DNA from: Desulfobacterales bacterium | GTDB lineage: Bacteria; Desulfobacterota; Desulfobacteria; Desulfobacterales; UBA5852 | NCBI GenBank assembly: GCA_963674755.2 | Contig: CAXXVS010000003.1 | Location: 640,001-704,000, forward strand | Direction: 5' to 3' | Length of the DNA stretch: 64,000 nt | Shown here: positions 47,603 through 55,552 of the stretch, piece by piece | Layout of the letters: each line of letters starts with the position of its first letter | How positions within the stretch are numbered: position 1 is the first letter of the stretch | Translations under genes and position numbers: made by a program | Notes under the pieces: generated by a model | Databases searched by the model: none | What the model saw: only the letters and a program-made list of their open reading frames with translations | Told to the model about the DNA's origin: nothing

Positions 47603-48457
47603 TTAGTTGAGGGCCTTGACGGACACGATCCAGGGCTCGAACCGGCGGCCATAGGCCAGCGCGATGTCGTAGCGCGGGGGGGCGTCGGCCTCCCTCCGGG
47701 AGCGATCCTTCGCTATAAGGGCATCCAGCAGCTTGCGCTGCGCCAGGGGTACATGGATATCTTCCACACTGAGCCGCTGGATATAGCCCTGCACCCGCCG
47801 GCGATGCTTTCCGTAATCGTAAGTCAGCTTGACCAATCCCCGGGCGATGATAAAGCGTGCCCGGTCGGCAAAGGTTTCCCGCAAGCGGGCCGGATCGCGG
47901 CCGGCATCCACGGCAAAGAGGCGGGAGGCGCTGATGCGTTCCCTTTCAAGGCGTTTAGCGGCCTTGTCAACCGTTTCCTGCCGCTGTTGGTCGGTGCGGT
48001 CGGCACGGAGCCGGTCTTTCGCACGGGCGAGCGCCTGTTCCGCCCGCCGGAGCGCTTCCCGATAGGCCGGGCCGTTGTTTTCCAGGACGATGAAAACCGC
48101 TTTGGGAAGCGGCGTCCTGGTTCGGTTGCCGTCCGTTTCAAGACCGGGATCGGCGTTGATTTGAAAGCCCAGGGCGGCCAGCTTGTCGGCGGTGAGCCAG
48201 GCCGGATAGCCCCAGGAACGGTAGGGCGCATCGTCTTCTTCCGCGCCCAGGACCCGCCAATCCACATGGAGGGCCAGGCCGCTGTCTTCCTCATTGCGGT
48301 AATACGGCAGCGGCAGCTCCCTTTCACTGAGGGTGATCAGGGTTTCAGGCGTTCCGGACCGATTGTAGGCCACCCCGGCCAGGACCGCGATGTTGGTAGC
48401 GACCAGCACGGAAAAGCCCAAGGCAAACAGACCCCGCGGCGACCATAGCCATTTCAT
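47603..48457 (-). CDS. DUF4824-like membrane-anchored protein
   Basis: ATNIAVLAGVAYNRSG...LSERELPLP...SRLFAVDAG...YGRRFEPWI; start overlaps the upstream stop (ATGA). Confidence 0.75.
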   Translation of the reverse strand: MKWLWSPRGLFALGFSVLVATNIAVLAGVAYNRSGTPETLITLSERELPLPYYRNEEDSGLALHVDWRVLGAEEDDAPYRSWGYPAWLTADKLAALGFQINADPGLETDGNRTRTPLPKAVFIVLENNGPAYREALRRAEQALARAKDRLRADRTDQQRQETVDKAAKRLERERISASRLFAVDAGRDPARLRETFADRARFIIARGLVKLTYDYGKHRRRVQGYIQRLSVEDIHVPLAQRKLLDALIAKDRSRREADAPPRYDIALAYGRRFEPWIVSVKALN

Positions 48458-49530
48458 GCGGGCACCTCCTGACGTGACCGGCTGACGGCACGGCGCAGCC
48501 GCTTGAAGATCAACAGCATCAAAATGGCGGTCAGACCGATCACCAGAAAGAAAAGATATTTGGGCATCCAGTCCCACCACCAGTCGTAGAATTTGGTGTA
48601 GAGGAAAATCGTGAAAAAGACATTGCCCGTGTTCACCACGTCGGGCCACCCGCGTTTAATGCCGACCCAGATGGCGGCCCCACTGACAAGAAAACCCACG
48701 ACCTGGTAGATGGCCTCGACAGCATCCCTGTCAAGATTCAGATAACTGACGGCCCCCCAGTTGGCCAGGATCAGGACCGGAATGAAAAACAGCAGTATGG
48801 CAAAGACGCGGTAGATCGCGGCGAACCCGGAAAAGCGGTGGTGGGGTATCAGGGGCGCCAGGAACAGCAGAACGGCAACCGGGAAGAAGTTTTCCGGACG
48901 TTCGCCGAAATAGATCCAGTAGCACCCGCTCCAGGTGCCGGTCTTGGCGGACAGGAAGCCGGCCAGACTGATGATGCCGAAGGCCAGCAGCAGACGCGCA
49001 TCGGCGGCGTAGGCCAACAGGAAGGCCAGGACGGCCCATACCAGGAAGGCGTTTTCCGAAGGGGTCATGTTGAAGATCTGCCCGAACATGGAAAGATTCA
49101 GGACGAAGCAGGCCAGACTCACCAGGCCCAGCAGTTTGGCAAAATAGCCGGTCTTTTCCCGTTGTGAAACGCTCATGGTGACGGCCAGCGCAAGCAAGGG
49201 GGCGGCCATGAGAATCAGCACCTGGGTGCGGGTGCCGAAGCGTCCCCAGAATTGGTAGAAAAGGAAGAACACGCTGGCGGCCAGCCCCAGGGCGCCCAGG
49301 AAGGAGGCGATTTTCATCCCCAGGCTGAGCTGCTTTTCGCGGCGGTCGGTATCGATGTCGTAGGCGGACGACAGCCCGGCCAACAGGTTCGTGTGGTAGT
49401 CGGCAAGGGCGGTCCGCTGGCTGTCGCTGAGGGTGAGCACCTGTTCGCCCTCGACGATGGCCAGTTCAGACCGGAAAGATGCAATCTGGTCGGCCCTTTG
49501 CTGGGCTTCGCTTTTGGAACGGATCGACAT
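48454..49530 (-). CDS. DUF2157-like integral membrane protein
   Basis: Multi-TM protein with FGQIFN and KFYDWWWDWMPKY. Confidence 0.78.
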   Translation of the reverse strand: MSIRSKSEAQQRADQIASFRSELAIVEGEQVLTLSDSQRTALADYHTNLLAGLSSAYDIDTDRREKQLSLGMKIASFLGALGLAASVFFLFYQFWGRFGTRTQVLILMAAPLLALAVTMSVSQREKTGYFAKLLGLVSLACFVLNLSMFGQIFNMTPSENAFLVWAVLAFLLAYAADARLLLAFGIISLAGFLSAKTGTWSGCYWIYFGERPENFFPVAVLLFLAPLIPHHRFSGFAAIYRVFAILLFFIPVLILANWGAVSYLNLDRDAVEAIYQVVGFLVSGAAIWVGIKRGWPDVVNTGNVFFTIFLYTKFYDWWWDWMPKYLFFLVIGLTAILMLLIFKRLRRAVSRSRQEVPA

Positions 49531-49702
49531 GGACGGGTCCTTGTGAATTCGATAGTGGTATGCCGGATCGATACGCGCTGGAGAAGCGTATCCTCCTCAT
49601 TGATTTGATGAAAACCCGATCCCTTGCGTTATGGGCTTCCATGATCGGCACAAAGTCGACAACGTCGGCGGTCATTTCGATTTCTCGGCGGCTCGGAATC
49701 CG

Positions 49703-50143
49703 TCAGGATCCCAACAGGCACTTCCCGTGGGGCGTTTCCCGGTCATAATAGCGTGCCTCGATGAGGGTGCCCTCCGGGTCGCGAAAATAGATCGAAGTCC
49801 CCGTCCCATGGGCTCCCCATCGGGGAGCCGGGCCGTCTTCGAGGGGAATGTTATTGGATTGCAGGCGTTCCAACAATGCTTCCCAGTCCTGCTGCTTCAA
49901 GACCATGCAGAAGTGATTGAGATGCCCCCTGCCGTGGAAGCCCGCGCCATCCGGCGACCACATCCGCTTCGGAAACAGGTCGATGATGGTATCCGCATTC
50001 ATACGGACTGAAGGAAAAGGCACCTGGCCGGCCCGGTATTCTTCCAGCCTTTCCGTTGCCAGCCCAAGAAGACCGGAATAGAAAGCAACCATCGCTTCGT
50101 CATCTTCAACGTTTAAAACAATGTGATCCATCGTGCATTCCAT
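49703..50143 (-). CDS. VOC/glyoxalase family protein
   Basis: MDHIVLNV...FY...HFC...SIYFRDPEGTLIE. Confidence 0.9.
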   Translation of the reverse strand: MECTMDHIVLNVEDDEAMVAFYSGLLGLATERLEEYRAGQVPFPSVRMNADTIIDLFPKRMWSPDGAGFHGRGHLNHFCMVLKQQDWEALLERLQSNNIPLEDGPAPRWGAHGTGTSIYFRDPEGTLIEARYYDRETPHGKCLLGS

Positions 50144-50283
50144 ATGCTTCTCCCCCAAAAGATGATTTCAGGATCCCCAATCGCAACTATGCGGGTGGCC
50201 GTGTGATGGTTTATCCCCTTCACGGGGCGGCGTATGCGCGGCCGGCGTTCTCCCTGAAGGCCGCCTTGCCAGGCAGAATTTCC

Positions 50284-50721
50284 CTACGTGCCGAGGTGCT
50301 CCTCGATCTGATCGAGATGCATCTTGCGATGGCGGCAGCGATAAACGCGCCACTGGTCGTCGGTGTGTTCGATTTGGGCGATCATGTCATCGTCGGTGTC
50401 TTCCAGTTCCCGGTCGACGGCTTCGGCGCAGGCCACGGCCAGTTCGGCGGCCGCGCGCGGCGCCAGCGTTCGCCACAAGGGCAGCAGGGCTTCATTGGTA
50501 ATGTCGATATCGATAGGTGAGGGTTCCACAACGCCGGTCTGCTTCCATTTGCGGATCAGGGTGAGGGAGCGCTGGTCCCAAAAGGCCAGATGGGCCAGGG
50601 CGATGGCCACCGTCCAGTCCTCGCCCAGGGGGATATTCAGTTGTTCTTCGGTCAGTCTTGCGGCAAGGGAACGCAGCCGTTCGCGCTCCCGGCGGTTTTC
50701 TTCGATGAAAGGTCGGTCCAC
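50284..50721 (-). CDS. DinB/MDMPI-like protein
   Basis: WTVAIALAHLAFWD...HRKMHLDQI; AAGGAGGAG RBS with GTG start. Confidence 0.8.
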   Translation of the reverse strand: MDRPFIEENRRERERLRSLAARLTEEQLNIPLGEDWTVAIALAHLAFWDQRSLTLIRKWKQTGVVEPSPIDIDITNEALLPLWRTLAPRAAAELAVACAEAVDRELEDTDDDMIAQIEHTDDQWRVYRCRHRKMHLDQIEEHLGT

Positions 50722-50794
50722 GGTATCTCCTCCTTCTCTGGTGGCGGCCCCGGTGCGGTTCGACCGATCCGGGATGCTGTTCGCTAAATGGTCT

Positions 50795-51049
50795 CTTCCT
50801 TTTCTTTCACGGGAAAGAAAAGGAAGCTAAAAGAAACCGCCCGCGTCCCGCTTAATCCTGCGCGTCGTCGCGGCGACCGGAGGGTGCGGAAATTCGCTTC
50901 GCTCAAACAGTCCGCACCCTTTAATCCGCCCGCCCCGCCGATGCTCGGCGCGGGACAAAGGGAAATACGAAAACCAAAGGCTAAAAGCCTTTTTTATGCC
51001 CCCTTCGGGGTGGGCTTTTAAGCTCCCCTGCTATACGGGGGAGACACGC
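50795..51049 (+). repeat. Structured ~260 bp repeat, family 2 copy 1
   Basis: TTTTCTTTCACGGGAAAGAAAA hairpin, GTCCCGCTTAA.CCTGCGCGTC, GATGCTCGGCGCGGGACAAAGGG, shared with 53821-54085 and 55466-55552. Confidence 0.88.
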
Positions 51050-51059
51050 TCCATCAATA

Positions 51060-51455
51060 TTAACCGACGTCCACCATATCGGCGCCCTTTTCAAGGAGAA
51101 GTGCCTTGAGTACCGAACGGTGGCAGCGAGCCTCGTCCTTGCAGTAGCACCCCACCGAGAAGTTGGTCTGATGGGACAGGGCGGCCAGCAGATCCAGGGT
51201 GCGGGAGTTTTCGGGCGTCGCCATCTCGGCCCGATACTTCCTTTTGAACGCCAGCCACTCCTTGTCGGTCTTGGCGCCTTGCCCCAACTTCATGGTTTCC
51301 GGGCTGGGAGACAGATTGGGAAACCAAACGTCGTACCAGTTCTGCGAACTGAATTCGGTCTTGGGCACTCCCCGGGGCGGGCGCCGGACCGTGCCGATGC
51401 GCAGGCCCTCCCCCTCGACCCGGTCGCTACCCAGTCTCAAGACGCGTACCGCCAT
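51060..51455 (-). CDS. DUF488 family protein
   Basis: RIGTVRRPPRGV, LSPS, CYCKDEARCHRSVL. Confidence 0.88.
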   Translation of the reverse strand: MAVRVLRLGSDRVEGEGLRIGTVRRPPRGVPKTEFSSQNWYDVWFPNLSPSPETMKLGQGAKTDKEWLAFKRKYRAEMATPENSRTLDLLAALSHQTNFSVGCYCKDEARCHRSVLKALLLEKGADMVDVG

Positions 51456-51499
51456 GGTTGCCTCCTTCTGATGGATTCGAAGTCGATATCGAAAAACCC

Positions 51500-51535
51500 T
51501 GCAGATTTTTCGATAAATATCTCATGTTCTGTCAT
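51500..51535 (-). pseudogene. N-terminal remnant of a RelE/ParE-type toxin
   Basis: MTEHEIFIEKSA begins overlapping the antitoxin end; resemblance to the family stops there. Confidence 0.45.
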
Positions 51536-51755
51536 CTTTTTTTAGTCTTTTGATCATTTCAGAAAAACTGATGAGAGGTTCGTCCCCCCTTTCCTAAATC
51601 GCTGAAATATTCTCTGCATCTTCCGCAAGGGCCTCTTTGACGGCTGTATTCACTATCTCGGAAATGGATCTATATGGTGCTATGGCTTTTAACTTCAAAG
51701 CGTTATGTAATTTTGGGTCGAAATACACGGTTGCACGCCTTGTGGGTGTTGCCAT
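51522..51755 (-). pseudogene. CopG/ribbon-helix-helix antitoxin with an internal stop
   Basis: MATPTRRATVYFDPKLHNALKLKA...ALAEDAENISAI*ERGDEPLISFSEMIKRLKKDDRT; TAG at 51594-51596; not in the ORF track. Confidence 0.78.
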
Positions 51756-51757
51756 AA

Positions 51758-51899
51758 CAGGCCGTGGCTAAACGGCGCCTCAGGCCGAAATGCGGTGTTG
51801 CCGCCCTCGCGAAACTGCTCACAACCCTGATGGTTGCTGCGCATTTCGCATCGGACGGCGCCTTGCCTTTCGACCTGATGCTTGTTTATCAACAGCCTG
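51758..51899 (+). repeat. Long imperfect palindromic repeat, family 1 copy 5
   Basis: CAGGC..TAAAC...GTTTATCAACAGCCTG termini; GTGTTGCCG / GCTCACAACC-CTGAT-GGTTGCTGCGC / CGGCGCCTTG. Confidence 0.82.
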
Positions 51900-52383
51900 A
51901 TAATCTGCCGTCACCGATGGCATGGATGGTCCGTTTCTCTTTGCGTGAGCGGTCGCAATACGCCGCGACGCCTTCGAGGACAAGGATATGGTGCTTGTTA
52001 ACAATGTCGATGACCTTGCATTCGAGATTGGCCAGACATTCCTTGATCAGGGGTGAGCGAACATGTTTGCCCTTCACCGGCGTCAGACGAAATTTTTCAA
52101 ATTTGTCCGTATCGGCGCCCGAACACGTTCCGATGCCGACCACCTGATCGATCAAGTCAAGCGTGGGAATGGCAATGACGCATTCCCTGGATTTGCGAAG
52201 TGCCGTATAGGAGTAGTTCCAGGGCCCGGTGGTTATGGCAAAGCGCGGCGTAAAGTCCACCACCATGGTCCAGGAGATGGTCATGATGTTGTGCTTCTCA
52301 CCATCGTGTGTCGTCACCAGGACCACCGGTCCTGATTCGATCAGCGTGAAGGCTTTGTTGGTTAGCATTTTTCTCATAGCCAT
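51889..52383 (-). CDS. Flavin reductase family protein, probably C-terminally truncated
   Basis: GPVVLVTT...NIMTISW...IGTCSG.DTDKF...ECLANLEC; the last codons and the stop lie inside the repeat arm. Confidence 0.8.
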   Translation of the reverse strand: MAMRKMLTNKAFTLIESGPVVLVTTHDGEKHNIMTISWTMVVDFTPRFAITTGPWNYSYTALRKSRECVIAIPTLDLIDQVVGIGTCSGADTDKFEKFRLTPVKGKHVRSPLIKECLANLECKVIDIVNKHHILVLEGVAAYCDRSRKEKRTIHAIGDGRLSGC

Positions 52384-52551
52384 GGGCGCTTTCAGGAGCT
52401 TTTCCAAACGGACATGCTATGCGGTGTAAACGAAGCATAGGGTAGTTTGGATCCGAGCGAGTTTCTTGATTACAGGACGGAAGATAGATTCAATTACTTT
52501 TCCGATCTACAGGAGAAGTTTTTCCCTTGACAACCGAAGGCCATATAGATG

Positions 52552-53046
52552 TTATGCGTTTCGTTCCTCAACTTGAATATTAAACCCTTCACTTTGTTCC
52601 GGCTCTTGAAAATACTTGGTTACTTCATTGAACATTGACTCAGTGTCATAGATAGCCCTTTCTGGTAACTCTAATCGCCTTTTTTCAATTTGTTTTAGAC
52701 AAATATCATCGCTCACATTGAGGTAGATAAGTTCGTTTGGGGCATTAGCTTCAGAAATAAGTTCTTTAAACCATTTTCGTTGATTTACAGTATTTGCTGG
52801 AAAATCCATTACAACATCTGTACCCGTTTTCAGTATATTCACAACATGCGCCTTAATTAGCGGTTTCAATAAAGATGAATAATGGAGATAATCTGCAAAT
52901 GAAGTGATTTGACTGGGGTAAAGTGCCGACAACCATTCGTCCTCAGAGATCAGTACAGCATTGCGATCCTGAGATACTTGCTTTGATTTTGTTGATTTTC
53001 CAGCTCCCATCTTTCCAGAGAACAATATCAATGTTCCTATTTTCAT
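52552..53046 (-). CDS. AAA_33-like P-loop ATPase/kinase, AT-rich
   Basis: SGKMGAGKST Walker A, SEDEW, VVMDFPANT; clearly lower GC than its flanks. Confidence 0.88.
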   Translation of the reverse strand: MKIGTLILFSGKMGAGKSTKSKQVSQDRNAVLISEDEWLSALYPSQITSFADYLHYSSLLKPLIKAHVVNILKTGTDVVMDFPANTVNQRKWFKELISEANAPNELIYLNVSDDICLKQIEKRRLELPERAIYDTESMFNEVTKYFQEPEQSEGFNIQVEERNA

Positions 53047-53343
53047 TTTTTGTCCTTATTATGCATGTTGCATGATAATAACATCGTAAAATTATCTTGA
53101 GACAGTTGCGGCATACTTCGCAAAAGAAACAGGCCCGTTTCGGGCTCATATTTTATGTCAGTGGGCCAAAACAGAAGGCGCCCGAAAAGGGGAGATTTTT
53201 GCCGGCTTGGATGGTGCGGAAAAGTCGACTGCACGCTACCACGGCGGGTATGGCTTGTAAAGGGGAGTGGTTGGCGCAGCAGCGCTTCAGGGGAAGGTTA
53301 TGGCAGCGGGCCTTTGAGCAGAAGCGCACCGCCAAGAAGCGTT

Positions 53344-53470
53344 GATGAATCCGTAAGAAACCACCGAAAGAGCGGTTTTGTCATCCCTGCGGAGGCAGGG
53401 AGCCAGACTTTTTTGCTCTGGACTCCCGGCTTCGCGGGAGTGACGATAGGAGTCTTTTTACGGCACCATC
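53344..53470. repeat. Nested REP-like palindrome
   Basis: Inner GTCATCCCTGCGGAGGCAGGGAGCCAG...CTGGACTCCCGGCTTCGCGGGAGTGAC inside outer GATGAATCCGTAAGAAA...TTTTTACGGCACCATC arms. Confidence 0.8.
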
Positions 53471-53491
53471 TGGCGTTCACAAAAGACGACC

Positions 53492-53782
53492 TCATTGCAC
53501 CGTTCCGGCATAGGTGCCGGCTGCCTTGAGGGATGCCACCATCGCTTCCGGTGTTATTACGTCAGGGTCGTAGGTCACGGTGTTGATCTCACGCCCCCGG
53601 CGCCATCCGCGGGTGACCTCTTTCACGCCGTCCAGCCCGTCCAGGGCTGCCTTGCCCACGTCGTATCAGTGGACGTAGAAGGTGATCTCGGACAGGGGCG
53701 CATCGGCCCGGGCCGGGGCCGCCGCCCACGCGACGATCCCGGCCAGAAGCAGCAGCGTTGTCAGTATGCGTATTCTTTTCAT
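53492..53782 (-). CDS. Candidate exported selenoprotein, HMA/mini-MsrA-like (96 aa, TGA at codon 39)
   Basis: AAGGAGG RBS; signal peptide ending ARA; TFYVH-TGA-YDVGKAALDGLDGVKEVTRG...TVTYDPDVITPEAMVASLK continues in frame; SECIS-like hairpin 3' of the TGA. Confidence 0.8.
53633..53668 (-). promoter_or_regulatory. Candidate bacterial SECIS element
   Basis: TGA (53668-53666), 16 nt, then CAGCCC-TGGAC-GGGCTG with G at loop position 2; loop begins 22 nt after the TGA. Confidence 0.7.
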
Positions 53783-53820
53783 AAGCCATTTCCTCCTTTA
53801 TAGGCCGCGCGTGATCCCGG

Positions 53821-54085
53821 GTGAGTCTCCTCCCGCATAGCGGGGGGCCTCAGGAAACCCCCTCGAAGAGGGTTTGAAAACAGTTTTTGAGGTTTTGGTT
53901 TTGGATTTCCCTTTGTCCCGCGCCGAGCATCCCGTCTGCGGGCGGAAAAGACGCGGCGACCTGCTTGTCCGCCGAAGGCTTGCCGCAGGCGGGACGCGCA
54001 GGGTTAAGCGGGACACGGGCGTTTGAAGCCTGTCACGCCGAGGCGTGATTGCTTCCGTTTTCTTTCACGGGAAAGAAAATGAAGG
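53821..54085 (-). repeat. Structured ~260 bp repeat, family 2 copy 2 (inverted)
   Basis: Reverse complement shares the terminal hairpin, GTCCCGCTTAACCCTGCGCGTC, GATGCTCGGCGCGGGACAAAGGGAAAT and CCCC.GCTAT.CGGG blocks with copy 1. Confidence 0.88.
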
Positions 54086-54164
54086 ATCCAATTGATGTAA
54101 AGGCACCCTGGATCGGTAGAACCTCTCCGCGTCCTCCACCACAGGTGGAGGGCTTAGATCGAAA

Positions 54165-55310
54165 CTAGTTGAACAGCTTCGCAAATTGCCCATAGCCGTC
54201 CTTTGCCAGATCGGCCTGGGGGACGAAGCGCAAGGCCGCCGAGTTGATGCAGTAGCGCAGACCGGTGGGCTGGGGCCCGTCGTTGAAGACGTGACCGAGG
54301 TGGGAATCGGCGTGCTTGCTGCGGACTTCGGTGCGCACCATGAAGAGGCTGCGGTCCTTCTTTTCGACGACGTTCTCCGGCACCAGGGGCCGGGTGAAGC
54401 TGGGCCAGCCCGTGCCGGACTCGAATTTGTCCGTGGAACTGAACAACGGCTCGCCGGAAACGATGTCCACGTAAATCCCGGGCGCATGGTTGTCCCAGTA
54501 GGCGTTGTTGAAGGGCGGTTCGGTGCCTTCCTTCCGGGTGACCTTGTACTGCATGGGGGTCAGCTGTTCACGCAGCTGGGCGTCGTCAGGAATGGTATAC
54601 ATGGTCTTGTCCGCAGCGGCGGTCATCTTGTCGGGTTTCATTTCCTGCATATCGGATGTCATGGTCATATCGGGCACCTCTTTGCTCCAGGTTTCTTCTA
54701 AAAATTGGTCCCGTCCGGATCGCGAACGATACCATTTATAGCGGATCGGGTTTTTCTTGTAGTAGTTCTGGTGATACTCCTCGGCCGGGTAGAACGGTCC
54801 CGCGGGTTCGATCAGGGTCACGATGGGCTTGTCAAAGCGGCCGGAGGCGGCCAGCTTTTCCTTGGTGGCTTCCGCCAGCCGGTGTTCTTCTTCATTGCCA
54901 TAGAAGATGGCGCTTTTGTACTGGGGGCCCCGGTCCACGAACTGTCCGCCGTCGTCGGTGGGATCCACATGCCGCCAGAAGACATCCAACAGCTGGGCAT
55001 AACTCACCTTCGTCGGATCGTAGATCACTTGGACGGCCTCCACATGACCGGTGCGGCCGGAAGACACCTGCTCATAGGTGGGATTGACCTCTTTGCCGCC
55101 GGTATAGCCCGAGATGGCGTCAATGACGCCGTCCACCTTTTCGAAGTCCGACTCCGTGCACCAGAAGCATCCCCCGGCGAAGATGGCCGTGCGGGTCATG
55201 GCCGGGCCGGGCTTCATAGCCGGGTTGTCGCTTGTATCCATGCTGCGCACCTGGTGGTAGCCCACCAGGATCGCAGCGATTGCCAATGTGGTTATGATCA
55301 GGTTTCGCAT
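54165..55310 (-). CDS. msrAB: Exported bifunctional peptide-methionine sulfoxide reductase MsrA/MsrB
   Basis: N-terminal signal/anchor, [37 protein letters not shown]. Confidence 0.95.
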   Translation of the reverse strand: MRNLIITTLAIAAILVGYHQVRSMDTSDNPAMKPGPAMTRTAIFAGGCFWCTESDFEKVDGVIDAISGYTGGKEVNPTYEQVSSGRTGHVEAVQVIYDPTKVSYAQLLDVFWRHVDPTDDGGQFVDRGPQYKSAIFYGNEEEHRLAEATKEKLAASGRFDKPIVTLIEPAGPFYPAEEYHQNYYKKNPIRYKWYRSRSGRDQFLEETWSKEVPDMTMTSDMQEMKPDKMTAAADKTMYTIPDDAQLREQLTPMQYKVTRKEGTEPPFNNAYWDNHAPGIYVDIVSGEPLFSSTDKFESGTGWPSFTRPLVPENVVEKKDRSLFMVRTEVRSKHADSHLGHVFNDGPQPTGLRYCINSAALRFVPQADLAKDGYGQFAKLFN

Positions 55311-55414
55311 CAGACACCTCCCTAAACGATGGTGTTTATTCAGATGGTCGGCAAGTCCTGTCTCAGGCGCCGCTTTTTCATGGTGATAGAGTAAGGCTTG
55401 AAAATGTAGGTGTC

Positions 55415-55442
55415 TTAAAGGGAATGTAAAGATCGCGTAAAG
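55415..55442 (-). promoter_or_regulatory. Three direct repeats with 11-bp period upstream of msrAB
   Basis: Reverse strand CTTTAC-N5-CTTTAC-N5-CTTTAA, the arrangement typical of OmpR-family sites. Confidence 0.6.
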
Positions 55443-55465
55443 ACTGGCGCATGTGCAGCCGGCCG

Positions 55466-55552
55466 CATCGCCGATGCTCGGCGCGGGACAAAGGGCAATC
55501 AAAAACCAAAAACACAAAAACCGAATTCAAGCCTGCTTGAAGGGGGTTATCC
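55466..55552 (+). repeat. Family 2 repeat, partial copy 3
   Basis: CGCCGATGCTCGGCGCGGGACAAAGGG..AAAACCAAA identical to part of copy 1. Confidence 0.85.

Noticed and set aside
51594..51596. In-frame TAG as possible pyrrolysine
   Set aside because: Non-catalytic position in a decayed TA locus; a nonsense mutation is the simpler explanation.
53589..53789. 66-aa ORF MAYEKNT... using the nearer ATG
   Set aside because: Low-complexity product; the frame starting at 53782 gives a signal peptide and a coherent domain.
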